This document shows positions 26,828 to 36,910 of a DNA stretch of 64,000 nt, one piece after another. This stretch comes from Acidobacteriota bacterium (GTDB lineage: Bacteria > Acidobacteriota > CAIWXX01). How positions within the stretch are numbered: position 1 is the first letter of the stretch; every line of letters begins with the position of its first letter. The notes beneath the pieces were generated by a model, which was not told where the DNA came from, did not search any database, and was given only the letters and a program-made list of their open reading frames with translations. The DNA is taken from the NCBI GenBank assembly GCA_040755995.1, contig JBFMAF010000010.1:32001-96000 (forward strand), in the 5' to 3' direction. The translations under genes and the position numbers were made by a program.

Positions 26828-28135
26828 ATGAAATCACTTCAGGCCACCACGACAACCCTTGCGGCGGCGCTGCTCTGCGCGATTCTCGCGCCGCCCTTGG
26901 CACAGCTTCAGGAGTCCGGAGACCACTGGGCAGCTGAGTCACCGGAGAGTACCGATCGGCTGATGGATCCGGCGCGACTGGAGCGCCTCAGTGAGCTGGC
27001 GCAAGAGTACGCCGCGCGCGTGCCTCCCGCGGCTTCACACGGAGCTCCGAGCCCCAGGCTCCAGGCCCTGGCATCCGCGGTCAACGTCGATGAGATGATG
27101 GCGCTGCTTCGCGCGATATCAGTGGACATTCCCACGCGTTACTGGAGCACCGCCGGGATGGAGTCGGCCACGCAGTACATGCTCGATCGCTTCGACGAGT
27201 TTCAACTTGATCGTGCTTACTTCGATCCCATCACAGAGGGGTCGACGATCCGGAACGTCGTCGGCGTCAAGCTCGGGCGGTCCACACCGGAGCGGATCTA
27301 CATCGTCGGTGGCCACCTGGACTCGTATTCACCGGAGCGGATGACGCTGGCTCCGGGCGCCGAGGACAATGGAACAGGCAGTGCCGGGGTTGCCGAGATC
27401 GCCCGGCTTCTCGCCCCGCTCGAGCTCAGCTCCACAGTGTACTTCGTCTGCTTCACGGCAGAGGAGGGCCCTGGACTCGGCAGCAAGCATCTCTCGCAGA
27501 TCGCCCTGGATGAGAACTGGGACCTCCGAGGAGTCCTCAACATGGACATGGTGGGCTACGATGCGGCTGGGACTCCAGAAATGCTTCTTGAAGGGTTCCC
27601 CAGCGACCCCCGTTCGGTCGCGCTGATGAACGTGGTGGAGGCCACGAGCACGACGTATGGCGGCTTGACGGTGTTGCGATACCCTGACGACGGCTGGGGT
27701 AGCGACCACGTCTCCTTCCACCGGCGAGGCTTCCCGGCGATCATGACCATCGACCTCGACTTCGATCGGTATCCCTGCTACCACCAGACCTGCGACACCA
27801 TTGACAAGATCGACGCCGAGCACTTCCGGCGCATGGTTGCGTCCGTCGCGACGGCCACGGCAAAGCTGGCCGGAGTACGATTCCGGTTCGCTTCCATTGA
27901 GGGGATCGCGGACCGGCGCGACTCTACAGACGACGCGGGTGTCCGGATCGACGTCGCGGGGACGGGATATGAGCCGGTCAGATCTGCGGCTGGCGGCGTG
28001 TTTTCTCTGGCGAACCTCGTGCCAGGCAGCTATACAATCCGGGCGCAGGCGGCCGGTTACAAGACGGCTCAGAGGCGGATCGTGGTCGCGGGCGGCACAG
28101 CCACCAAGGTGAAGCTGTCACTCGCGCCGCAGTGA
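26828..28135 (+). CDS. M28 family metallopeptidase with C-terminal carboxypeptidase-regulatory-like domain
   Basis: GGHLDS; GAEDNGTG; FTAEE; LNMDMVG; SDHVSF; YHQTCDT. Confidence 0.9.
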   Translation: MKSLQATTTTLAAALLCAILAPPLAQLQESGDHWAAESPESTDRLMDPARLERLSELAQEYAARVPPAASHGAPSPRLQALASAVNVDEMMALLRAISVDIPTRYWSTAGMESATQYMLDRFDEFQLDRAYFDPITEGSTIRNVVGVKLGRSTPERIYIVGGHLDSYSPERMTLAPGAEDNGTGSAGVAEIARLLAPLELSSTVYFVCFTAEEGPGLGSKHLSQIALDENWDLRGVLNMDMVGYDAAGTPEMLLEGFPSDPRSVALMNVVEATSTTYGGLTVLRYPDDGWGSDHVSFHRRGFPAIMTIDLDFDRYPCYHQTCDTIDKIDAEHFRRMVASVATATAKLAGVRFRFASIEGIADRRDSTDDAGVRIDVAGTGYEPVRSAAGGVFSLANLVPGSYTIRAQAAGYKTAQRRIVVAGGTATKVKLSLAPQ

Positions 28136-28201
28136 CGGCCTGAGGACGGCTTCGATCGCGTATTTCGCTTCCTGGGTGGCCTGACTCCGTCCGTCTTTCG
28201 A

Positions 28202-28279
28202 CTACGGTTTCTCTCTCGAAAGCGGCATGGTCATGCAGTGCGGTCCGCCCCACATGTCCGCGAGATACTTGCCCTCCAT
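28202..28279 (-). pseudogene. 3' remnant of an arginine deiminase/amidinotransferase-family gene
   Basis: MEGKYLADMWGGPHCMTMPLSREKP* resembles the family C-terminal GGxxCMxxPLxR motif. Confidence 0.5.
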
Positions 28280-28423
28280 CCCGGATCGGGGCGCCGGCTG
28301 CTTTGTCGCCGGCGCCGACATCTGATACTCTAACTTCCGCGCGGGACTCGGCGCAATGGAGCGGCGGTTGCTCCACACCCGGGTTAGATTTCGATTCGTG
28401 AGGCTCTTCAAAGGACGCTGATC

Positions 28424-30574
28424 ATGCCACTTTCGATCCAACCTCTGCTGTGTCCTCGATCTATAGCGGTCATCGGCGCATCGAGGAAACGCGGGACAGT
28501 GGGTGGGGAGCTTTTCCACAACCTGCTCGCGTGCGGTTTTAATGGTCCTGTCTACCCGGTGAATCCCGGGGCCGCCGTTGTCCAGTCCATCCGCGCGTAC
28601 CGCGATATCAACGAGGTGCCCGAGACGGTGGACCTGGCGGTGCTGGCGGTACCCGCGATGGCGGCAGTCGAGACGCTCGAGGCCTGCGGCGGGGCGGGTG
28701 TGAAGGCGGCCGTGGTCATTTCGGCCGGCTTCAAGGAGATCGGCGGCGCCGGCATCCAGCGCGAGAAGGAGCTGGCCGAGACGGGGCGCCGTCATGGCAT
28801 GCGGGTGCTGGGCCCCAATTGTCTGGGCGTCCTGAACACGAACCCGGCGGTGCGGATGAATGCTACATTTGTAGAGACTTTTCCGAGCCCTGGACCCGTC
28901 GGCTTCATCTCGCAGAGCGGGGCGCTCGGAGCGGTGGTGCTCGCGCTGGCAGCGCGGCGCAACATCGGGCTCTCTTGTTTCGTCAGCACCGGCAACAAGT
29001 GCGATGTTTCGGGCAACGACCTGCTGGAGTACTGGGAGTACGACCCGCTGACGCGCGTGATCCTGATGTACCTCGAATCGTTCGGGAATCCGCGGCGGTT
29101 CACGCAGATCGCGCGCAGGGTGGGGCAGCTCAAACCGATCATCGCCGTCAAGAGCGGGCGGACGCAATCGGGAATATCCGCGGCGGCCTCGCACACCGGC
29201 GCGCTGGCCGGAACGGACATCGGCGCGGACGCGCTCTTCCGGCAGGCCGGCGTCATCCGCGTGGATACGATCGAGGAGATGTTCGACACGGCCATGGTGC
29301 TGGCGAGCCAGCCGGTGCCGAGGGGAAGGCGGGTCGGCATCGTGACCAACGCGGGTGGACCGGGTATTCTCGCCAGCGATGCGTGCGAGAGCCTTGGACT
29401 GGAGATCCCGCCGCTGTCCAGGAGTACGGTGGAGGAGCTGCGGGAGTTCTTGCCGGAGGAGGCGAGCTTGAGAAATCCGGTGGACATGATCGCCTCGGCC
29501 ACGGCCGAGCACTATGGCCGCGCGGCTTCGTCTCTACTCCGCGATCCAAACGTGGATTCGTTGCTGGTCATCTTCGTTCCGCCTCTGATGGTGGAGACCA
29601 AGGACGTGGCCAGGGCCATCGGTGGAGCTGCGAGGCAGTCGCCGAAACCCGTCTTGTCGTGCTACATGGGAGCCTATGGTTTCCCGGCCGGGCTGTGGGG
29701 GGAGGGGGACGAGCAGGTACGGATTCCATCGTATCGTTTCCCCGAGTCCGCCGCCAAGGCGCTGTGTCACGCCGTTGCCTACGGACAGTGGCTGGGTGTC
29801 GCCAATAGCCCCGTGCCCGGGGTCCTGGTGGAGGCACCGGCGGTCCGTTCGACCGTGCTGAAGTTGCGGGAGGCGCTGGCGATGGAGAAAGAACCCGTTT
29901 GGTTGGACGCCTCCGACGTACCCCAGCTGCTCACCGCATACGGGATTCAGGTGCCCCAATCGGCAGTGGCGGCTTCTGCCGAGCATGCCGTGACGATCGC
30001 GCAGGAAATGGGCTTCCCCGTCGCGCTCAAAGTAGTTTCCGACAAGGCGATACACAAGACCGACATCGGCGGCGTGGTGCTTGATCGTAGAGGTCCGGAA
30101 GAGGTGCGCAGCGCGTACGATATCATCATGGAAAAGGCGAATGCCGCCGGGATCGCAGATCAGCTCTCGGGCGTCATGGTCCAGCGTTACGTGAGCGAGG
30201 GCATCGAGGCCGTCGTCGGCATGGTGCAGGACCCGTCCTTCGGCCCACTGATCATGTTCGGCCTCGGCGGAGCCTACGTTGAGCTGGTGAAGGACGTCGT
30301 CTTCCGCCTCCACCCTCTCACCTCCCACGACATCGAATCGATGATCGGAGAGGTCCGTGCCGCGAAGCTCCTCGATGGCTACAGGGGCGCTCCGCCCGCG
30401 GACGTGGCGGCGCTCCGTGACCTCCTGGCCCGCGTGAGCCGCATGATCACCGACCTGCCGGAGCTGCTGGAGATGGATCTGAACCCGGTGAAGATCCTTC
30501 CTGTGGGACAAGGCTGCGTGGCAGTCGACGCACGCATCCGGCTGGGCAGGCCCCAGGCACCCGCCCGTCGATAA
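28424..30574 (+). CDS. ADP-forming acetate/acyl-CoA ligase family (fused alpha/beta)
   Basis: SIAVIGAS; LGPNCLG; SQSGA; SHTGALAG; TNAGGPG; ATP-grasp HKTDIGGV and EMDLNP. Confidence 0.92.
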   Translation: MPLSIQPLLCPRSIAVIGASRKRGTVGGELFHNLLACGFNGPVYPVNPGAAVVQSIRAYRDINEVPETVDLAVLAVPAMAAVETLEACGGAGVKAAVVISAGFKEIGGAGIQREKELAETGRRHGMRVLGPNCLGVLNTNPAVRMNATFVETFPSPGPVGFISQSGALGAVVLALAARRNIGLSCFVSTGNKCDVSGNDLLEYWEYDPLTRVILMYLESFGNPRRFTQIARRVGQLKPIIAVKSGRTQSGISAAASHTGALAGTDIGADALFRQAGVIRVDTIEEMFDTAMVLASQPVPRGRRVGIVTNAGGPGILASDACESLGLEIPPLSRSTVEELREFLPEEASLRNPVDMIASATAEHYGRAASSLLRDPNVDSLLVIFVPPLMVETKDVARAIGGAARQSPKPVLSCYMGAYGFPAGLWGEGDEQVRIPSYRFPESAAKALCHAVAYGQWLGVANSPVPGVLVEAPAVRSTVLKLREALAMEKEPVWLDASDVPQLLTAYGIQVPQSAVAASAEHAVTIAQEMGFPVALKVVSDKAIHKTDIGGVVLDRRGPEEVRSAYDIIMEKANAAGIADQLSGVMVQRYVSEGIEAVVGMVQDPSFGPLIMFGLGGAYVELVKDVVFRLHPLTSHDIESMIGEVRAAKLLDGYRGAPPADVAALRDLLARVSRMITDLPELLEMDLNPVKILPVGQGCVAVDARIRLGRPQAPARR

Positions 30575-30619
30575 CAGGCGAACGGCCTGATCGGAGGAAC
30601 CCTCTCCCGCTCCGCCTCG

Positions 30620-31087
30620 TCAGATCCGGTCCCAGTCCCAGATGCTGTAGCGAGTGGGCGAGTCGAGCGCGTGGCCGCATTGTTTGAGGGTGAGGAGGAT
30701 ATTGCCGCGATGATGACTCTCGTGGGAGATCAGGTACGCGACCATCGGTATGAGGCCACGCTTGAGGGTCCGGACGCGTTCTGAGCCTTCGTAAGCGAGA
30801 CGAAACCACTGCTCGATGCGCCCCGAGGAATCCTCCAGAGCGGCCGCGAGGGTTCGGCGGTCCGGCTCCTCGTAGGTGGCGAAGGTGCGAAGTCCTTTCG
30901 CGAGGTGCTTCGCGCGGCTCGTGAGCTGGTAGACACGGACGTTTTGCAGGTGCGCGAACTGGCGCACGACGTTGCGGCCGCCCCGCCGTGACAGCGTGCA
31001 TTGCATGCCTGCGTCGCTGATCCGCTCGATGAGCCGGATGTCGATCCGATTGTTGATGCGCCAGGCCTCCAAGATCTGTTCAATCAT
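30620..31087 (-). CDS. DinB family protein
   Basis: QFAHL..VR; YLISHESHHRG. Confidence 0.8.
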   Translation of the reverse strand: MIEQILEAWRINNRIDIRLIERISDAGMQCTLSRRGGRNVVRQFAHLQNVRVYQLTSRAKHLAKGLRTFATYEEPDRRTLAAALEDSSGRIEQWFRLAYEGSERVRTLKRGLIPMVAYLISHESHHRGNILLTLKQCGHALDSPTRYSIWDWDRI

Positions 31088-32882
31088 CTGTCACACTCCT
31101 GCTAAACGACGCGTCCTGGTACGCCACGCGGCACTCGAAGAACGTCAGCAGCACCCTGGCGCTGCCGATCTCGGTGGCGGGGATCTCGAACAGATTCTTG
31201 TCGAGGACTACGAGATCGGCCCACTTGCCGACTTCGATGGAGCCTGTCTCCTTCTCGAGGAAGTTGGCGTAGGCGCCGTTGATCGTGAAGCTGCGGATCA
31301 TCTGGTCCAGCGTCGCGCGCTCGGCCGGCCACAGCACATCTTCGGCGCGATTCGCTCCGGCTCGCGCGCGCGTGATCCCAGTCTGAATGCCCATGAGCGG
31401 GTCGCACGGAATCGTCACGGGATAGTCGCTGGCCGAGGCCACCGCGACGCCCGCTTTGAAGAAGCTTTCCATCGGGTACTCCTCGTCAGCACGTGGCAGT
31501 CCGAGGAAGGGCACTTGCAGATTCGTGTAGTAGTCGTCTTTCATGAACCAGAACGGCTGAGGAACGGCGATCGCACGCAGGTCGCGAAAGCGCAGAACGT
31601 CTGCCGGCGAGACGAGCTGGAGGTGCGTGATGAGCGGCCGCGCATCCCGCCTGCCGTTCGCCGCGGCAGCATGAGCAATCGCATCCAGAGCCATGGCCGC
31701 GGCGGCATCGCCGATGGCATGGAAGTGAAGCTGGAAGCCATCGCGGTCAAGGGCCGTGCATGCGGCGCCGAGCGCATCCGCTGTCCAGAGCGGCGCACCG
31801 CGGAATCCCGGCCGGTGCTGGTAGGGCTCCTTCAGATACGCGGTTACCCCCTCTACAACACCGTCGACGAAGATCTTGGCCGCTCGCGTCTGGAAGTACG
31901 GCCCGGTATGAGCATCGCGCTCCGCCACGAGCTCCTTCACCTGTGCGACGCCCTTGTCGGGATCGACGTAGAGTGACGCCCGGAATCTCATTCGCAGCCG
32001 GCCGGCCTTCTCCATTGCTTCATAAGCCTTGAGATCGGCCCCCCCGGCACTGATCGAAGCGTCATGCGCCGCGGTGATGCCAAGTCGCAATGCCATCGTC
32101 TGGTAGGCCTCGATCCCCTGGACGAGCTCGTCGGTCGTGTATTCGGGAATCACCTCGTCGATGAGATCGGCGGCGGTCTCGCGAAGTGTGCCGCTGGGTT
32201 CGCCGGTCTTCGCATCGCGCTCGATGACGCCGCCCGGCGGGTCCCTGGTGGCGCGCGTGATCCCGGCCAGCTCCAGCGTCTTCGAGTTCACCCAGGTGGA
32301 ATGGCCATCCTCCGAAGAGAGCGCGACCGGAATGCCGGGCGCGATCTCGTCGAGCGCCACCTTGTGCGGTCCCTGGACCGGGAAGAGCGTATTCTTCCAG
32401 CCGCTGCCGCGCACGACCTTCACACCAGGATGCGCCTCGACGAAACGACGAACCGCGTCCTGGTATTCGCGAACTGAATTGAGACCGAACAGGGACGCGG
32501 CGAAGAACTGCTCTACCGCTCCGGATGGGTGGCAGTGACTGTCGATGAATCCCGGCAGCGCCAGGCGTCCGCCGATATCTATGTGGCGAGTCGACGGACC
32601 CATGAACCGCGCGAGGCCGGCGGTGCGGCCGACGTAGATTATCTTGCCGTCCTTGATGGCCAGCGCCTCCGCCTTCGGCAATGATTCGTCCAGCGTGTAG
32701 ACTTTTCCATTCTGGAGTACGAGGTCGGCGTATTCGCGTGTTTCAGGGCGGCACGAAGCCAGAAATGCGGCAGAGGCCAAGATCGCAGCCAAGGCTGGCA
32801 ACGCAGCCCGTCTGTCGCGTCTGTGCGCCTCCGAGAAACCATTCGTCCCGATTTCGGGCACAGCCGGCAGTCTGTTGTTCAT
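31080..32882 (-). CDS. Amidohydrolase (YtcJ/amidohydro_3-like), probably exported
   Basis: PGFIDSHCH; KIFVDG; HAIGD; ASDYPV; GSIEVGKWADLVVLD. Start uncertain. Confidence 0.88.
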   Translation of the reverse strand: MNNRLPAVPEIGTNGFSEAHRRDRRAALPALAAILASAAFLASCRPETREYADLVLQNGKVYTLDESLPKAEALAIKDGKIIYVGRTAGLARFMGPSTRHIDIGGRLALPGFIDSHCHPSGAVEQFFAASLFGLNSVREYQDAVRRFVEAHPGVKVVRGSGWKNTLFPVQGPHKVALDEIAPGIPVALSSEDGHSTWVNSKTLELAGITRATRDPPGGVIERDAKTGEPSGTLRETAADLIDEVIPEYTTDELVQGIEAYQTMALRLGITAAHDASISAGGADLKAYEAMEKAGRLRMRFRASLYVDPDKGVAQVKELVAERDAHTGPYFQTRAAKIFVDGVVEGVTAYLKEPYQHRPGFRGAPLWTADALGAACTALDRDGFQLHFHAIGDAAAAMALDAIAHAAAANGRRDARPLITHLQLVSPADVLRFRDLRAIAVPQPFWFMKDDYYTNLQVPFLGLPRADEEYPMESFFKAGVAVASASDYPVTIPCDPLMGIQTGITRARAGANRAEDVLWPAERATLDQMIRSFTINGAYANFLEKETGSIEVGKWADLVVLDKNLFEIPATEIGSARVLLTFFECRVAYQDASFSRSVTDD

Positions 32883-33076
32883 AATGGCGTGACCATAGTT
32901 CCGCACAGGCATGCAAGTCAAACGCAGCCGTTCAGGTTGCGAGATCTCCAATTGATGACCCCAGTCGCTTCTGTTATCCTACGTTTGGCGGTGGTCGAAC
33001 TGGAGTGCTGAAAGCAGCCGAGGTGCGGTTAGTGAGACCACACGAGACAACAATCCAACATCCGAAGGGGGGCTGA

Positions 33077-33997
33077 ATGAGAACCCGCTCGTCCTTTGTC
33101 GGACGTTCCGTCGTTGCCGCCGCAATTCTCGCACTCACCCCGATTGGTCCACTGATTGCTGAAGACCGGGATGTGCGCGACGAGGACCGAGGAATCGCGA
33201 GAGTCGTGGAACCGGCAGGGAGCCCGGGCGCCGTGATGACGGTCGAATTCGAGCCGGACGGCTACGTCGTTCCCACCGAGGTCGATGCACATGTCAAGTT
33301 GACGAACAACGGAAAGCCCGTGCCAGCTGCGAATCTCGAGCTGGTGCTGTGGAAGGGCCCGCACTCCCCGTTCAAGACGAGGGGAAAGACCGGGTCGGAC
33401 GGGACCGCAATCCTGACAATCCCCGGCGACGGAAACCTGGGGACGGACTCGGGTTGGGTGTGGATTCCCGAGTCGGCTGAAGACACGTGGAACCCCGGCC
33501 AGGCACGCCCGCAGATATCGTGGGACTTCATATTGCTCTGGGCTGACCTCTACGTGGACCTGACGGGCGACTGGTGGGGGGCCACATTCTGCCTGTGGAT
33601 GTTGGGCTATTGGGACGTGTCCGACGCTGGGCAGCAAGCGGACTCGCTGCGCCAGTACCGAGACGAGGTCCTCGGCAGTAGCGACCGCGGCCGCCTCTAC
33701 ACCCAGCAATACTACGAACATAGCGCCGAGGTGGCGCACCTGGCGTTGACACATCCGGATATCGGTTACGCTCTCACCGAAGCGCTCGTCCGCTACGGCC
33801 CGCTGATCGAGCAACTCGGGGCATCGGGGCATGCGGAGATCACCGACCAGGATCTCTCGGACGTGACGGGGATCATCGATTCGATTCGCCCGTATGCAAG
33901 TGAACAACTCGAGACGAGCCTGATGCAGCTGCGCGAGGATCTGGCGAGCGATCGTGCGCAACAGGAGCTTGGCTTCGTGATTCGGGAGAGGAGGTAG
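33077..33997 (+). CDS. Secreted hypothetical protein: Ig-like N-part and a CFI-box-CTERM-like segment
   Basis: Signal peptide; LRQYRDEVLGSSDRGRLYTQQYYEHSAEVA. Confidence 0.55.
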   Translation: MRTRSSFVGRSVVAAAILALTPIGPLIAEDRDVRDEDRGIARVVEPAGSPGAVMTVEFEPDGYVVPTEVDAHVKLTNNGKPVPAANLELVLWKGPHSPFKTRGKTGSDGTAILTIPGDGNLGTDSGWVWIPESAEDTWNPGQARPQISWDFILLWADLYVDLTGDWWGATFCLWMLGYWDVSDAGQQADSLRQYRDEVLGSSDRGRLYTQQYYEHSAEVAHLALTHPDIGYALTEALVRYGPLIEQLGASGHAEITDQDLSDVTGIIDSIRPYASEQLETSLMQLREDLASDRAQQELGFVIRERR

Positions 33998-34003
33998 CAC
34001 ATC

Positions 34004-35293
34004 ATGCGGACTGACAGCTGCCACCGATCACGATCCGGCATCATCAGCGAAGGCTCGACGACCCTCTGTATGCTGGCCCTCATTCTGAGCACGGGGCTGG
34101 CTAGATCGCAGTCCCGCACGACGGACTACGTCATCGCATCCCGTGCTATCGCCGCGAACACTGCGTTGAATTTCAAGCTGCCCAACGGCCTGCTCCTGAC
34201 CGGCAAGATCACCGACGCCGCCGGCGGGGCTCTGGAGGGCGCCCTTGTCCAGGCTCTCGACGGCAACTCGGACCTCGGGCCGTCCACCGTGACTGACGCA
34301 AGCGGCACCTTCGTGATCGCCGTGCGATCGGGCACCTACGACCTGCTCATCAAGCCGCCGGCGGGAGACACCGTGGACCCGAGAAGCTACCCGCGGTCCG
34401 TGGACGGCGGAGTGGATGACTTGCAAGTTTCCAAGGATACGTCAGCGGGGACCGTTGCCCTGCAGGATGGCTACATCCTGAGTGGCTCGGTGCAGCCGCC
34501 GTCCGGCAAGCTGCACGCGCTGGCCGGCCTGGTGTTGGGCATCCCGCCGGATCGTGTGCTGCTGGGAGTTATTCAGGCGCATCGCGGGACCGGCAACGAT
34601 TTCAGCAAGTACGCCATGGCAGTGCCGGCTGGAAAGCACAAGCTGTTCTTCACTGGCGGGCAGGCGCTGTCGAACGAATCACAGATCATGCAGGCCGGTT
34701 CCTTCGCCTCGGTGCCGGCGACGGTCACGAAAGACACCGTGAAGAACATCAAACTGCCCGTGGGCTACAGGCTGACGGGGCACGTGAGAGATGCTCAGGG
34801 CAGGGCACTGTCTGGAATTCTGTTCGCGAAGAAGGTTGGCACGACTACGGTGAAGGACGCCCAGTCGACCGCCTGCATCGTGATGAACGGCGCTTACGCA
34901 AGCTGCCTTCCCGCGGGCCAGTACGATCTCACGTTCATCCCTCTTATGAGCACGGCGTACGGCGGCCTGGCGGCCCAGACCCTCCAGACCGTCACCATGT
35001 CTGCCGCCGACAGGACGTACGACGTGACCGCAGCAGACGGGCTGGTAGTTTCCGGGAAGGTCGCGGATGCTGCCAACAAGGCCCTTGGCGGCGCCACAAT
35101 CACTTTCCGCCTGGTCGCCGCCGAGGCACGGGCGGCGAGCCTCGCTCTCGTAGCGCAGACCGACGCTAAGGGCAAGTATCGCATCTGTGTGCCCGCGGGC
35201 ACCTACCGGATACGCGCCTCACCCCCAGGAGTGCTCTCAACGATCATCGGAACACAGCTCATGATGAACCCCACGCTGGAGCAGCCGCGCTGA
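34004..35293 (+). CDS. Secreted protein with tandem carboxypeptidase-regulatory-like (Cna-B-like) domains
   Basis: Repeated LTGKITDAAG/LTGHVRDAQG/VSGKVADAAN..G.Y units. Start uncertain. Confidence 0.7.
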   Translation: MRTDSCHRSRSGIISEGSTTLCMLALILSTGLARSQSRTTDYVIASRAIAANTALNFKLPNGLLLTGKITDAAGGALEGALVQALDGNSDLGPSTVTDASGTFVIAVRSGTYDLLIKPPAGDTVDPRSYPRSVDGGVDDLQVSKDTSAGTVALQDGYILSGSVQPPSGKLHALAGLVLGIPPDRVLLGVIQAHRGTGNDFSKYAMAVPAGKHKLFFTGGQALSNESQIMQAGSFASVPATVTKDTVKNIKLPVGYRLTGHVRDAQGRALSGILFAKKVGTTTVKDAQSTACIVMNGAYASCLPAGQYDLTFIPLMSTAYGGLAAQTLQTVTMSAADRTYDVTAADGLVVSGKVADAANKALGGATITFRLVAAEARAASLALVAQTDAKGKYRICVPAGTYRIRASPPGVLSTIIGTQLMMNPTLEQPR

Positions 35294-35378
35294 GGCGATC
35301 TGATTCGATCGCGGCCGCTCGGCGTCCCTGCGCCTGTTGTAGAACTGGAGACTTCAGAGGTGACCGCCGCCGCAGGCG

Positions 35379-36650
35379 CTACGCCGTGCGCTCGACGAGC
35401 ATCGACGTCATGTCGTCGTGCGGGAGGTTCGAGCCGCAGAAGGCAAGGACGTCGGCATTCAGCGAATCGAGCAGCTCCCGCGGCGGCTGGTCGCGATTCG
35501 CCCCGAGAAAGGCCTGCAGCCGCACCTCGCCGTACTGATCGTCGCGAGAATCGAAGGCCTCTGTCAGGCCGTCCGTGTAAAGGAAGAGCCTGTCGCCGGC
35601 GGCGAGCTCGATCGAACCCGCCGTGTACGCCGGCGCCTCCACCACGCCGAGCACGGTGCCTGTGGCCGGAAGCGTTTCCAGCGTCCCGTCATGCCGGACT
35701 ACGCATGGCGGGTTGTGCCCGGCATTCACGTAGGTGATCGCCCCGCTCGATGGGTCGACTTCCGAGTAGAAGAGCGTGATCAGCCGGTTAGATGGGATGT
35801 TCGCGTGAAGGTGAAGATTGAGTTTCGTGATGAGCTCGCTGCCGCGCAGTCCGGCCGAAATCAGTGTGCGCAGGCTGCCCTGCAGCAGGGCCATCAGAAG
35901 CGCCGCCGGCATCCCCTTCCCTGCCACATCACCCATCACCACAGCGACGCGCCCTTCGGGCAGCGTCACGACGTCGAAGTAGTCACCGCCGACGGTATTG
36001 GCCGGACGCATGGCCGAGTGGATGGAGATAGTCCCGTTTCGGTACGGCTCGAACGGCAGCAGGCCGAACTGGATCTGCCGGGCGATCTCGAGGTCTCCTT
36101 TGAGCGCCAGCTTGTCGCGAAGCTCGAGGACCAGGAGCGCGAACAGGAGTGTCGCCGAGACGAGAACCCACGGAGGCCATTGTAGAGACCAGTGGTTCGC
36201 GAAGGTCGTACCAAGCGCCCTGAGCAGATAGACGACCCAGGCCACCAACAGCACGGGCACCGCCACGGTGAACAGGATCCTGCGCGGGGGACTGAGGCGG
36301 TGGGCCATCGTCACGAACACACGCCAGCCGGCGCGCGGGTAGCGGTCGTGCCATGGGAGTCCCTTCAGCGATCCATAGTCGATCTCCCGCGTGAAATACT
36401 TCCATGCGTCGCGGGGCTCGCGTTCGATGAACTGACGCAGGCCCCTGCCTGTCACGTCGCGCGTGAACAGCTCGCGGATGTCTCTCCAGTACTCCTCCTC
36501 CAGCGGCGACGGTTTCTTCCCAGCGGGCTCTCGCTTGCGGTCCTTGCGCGAGTCCTCGCTGAACCTTCTTGTGAACTTCTCGATTCGCTGCTGGAGATCC
36601 ATGGCGCCGTCCGGGCGGGTCTCCTCGGCAATCATCTGCCCGACCCCCAT
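35379..36650 (-). CDS. Membrane-anchored SpoIIE/RsbU-type PP2C phosphatase
   Basis: LEIARQIQ; GGDYFD; GDVAGKG; NAGH; YTDGLTE; DDMT; two TM helices. Confidence 0.92.
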   Translation of the reverse strand: MGVGQMIAEETRPDGAMDLQQRIEKFTRRFSEDSRKDRKREPAGKKPSPLEEEYWRDIRELFTRDVTGRGLRQFIEREPRDAWKYFTREIDYGSLKGLPWHDRYPRAGWRVFVTMAHRLSPPRRILFTVAVPVLLVAWVVYLLRALGTTFANHWSLQWPPWVLVSATLLFALLVLELRDKLALKGDLEIARQIQFGLLPFEPYRNGTISIHSAMRPANTVGGDYFDVVTLPEGRVAVVMGDVAGKGMPAALLMALLQGSLRTLISAGLRGSELITKLNLHLHANIPSNRLITLFYSEVDPSSGAITYVNAGHNPPCVVRHDGTLETLPATGTVLGVVEAPAYTAGSIELAAGDRLFLYTDGLTEAFDSRDDQYGEVRLQAFLGANRDQPPRELLDSLNADVLAFCGSNLPHDDMTSMLVERTA

Positions 36651-36740
36651 CGCCTGGCCGCCATTCTATACGATATGTCAGACATTTTCTGTTTCCATAC
36701 CAGGTCTACGATCACGAGAGCCGGAATGTTCAATCGGGGA

Positions 36741-36910
36741 GTTGTCGGTTGTCAGTTGTCAGTTCGGAGGAAGACGGCCAGCGGCCGGACCGGGAGCGCA
36801 ACTGACACTGCTACGGAATAGTTGGCAGTTGTCCGTTGTCGGTTCGGGCGAAGACGGCCTGCGGGCGTGCCGGTAGCCGAACTGACAACTATCAACTGTT
36901 AACTGACAAC
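36741..36910. repeat. Two tandem 80-bp units, each with inverted GTTGTCA/TGACAAC heptamer arms around a conserved core
   Basis: 36741-36820 versus 36821-36900, 54/70 identical over the first 70 nt (hand count). Confidence 0.85.
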
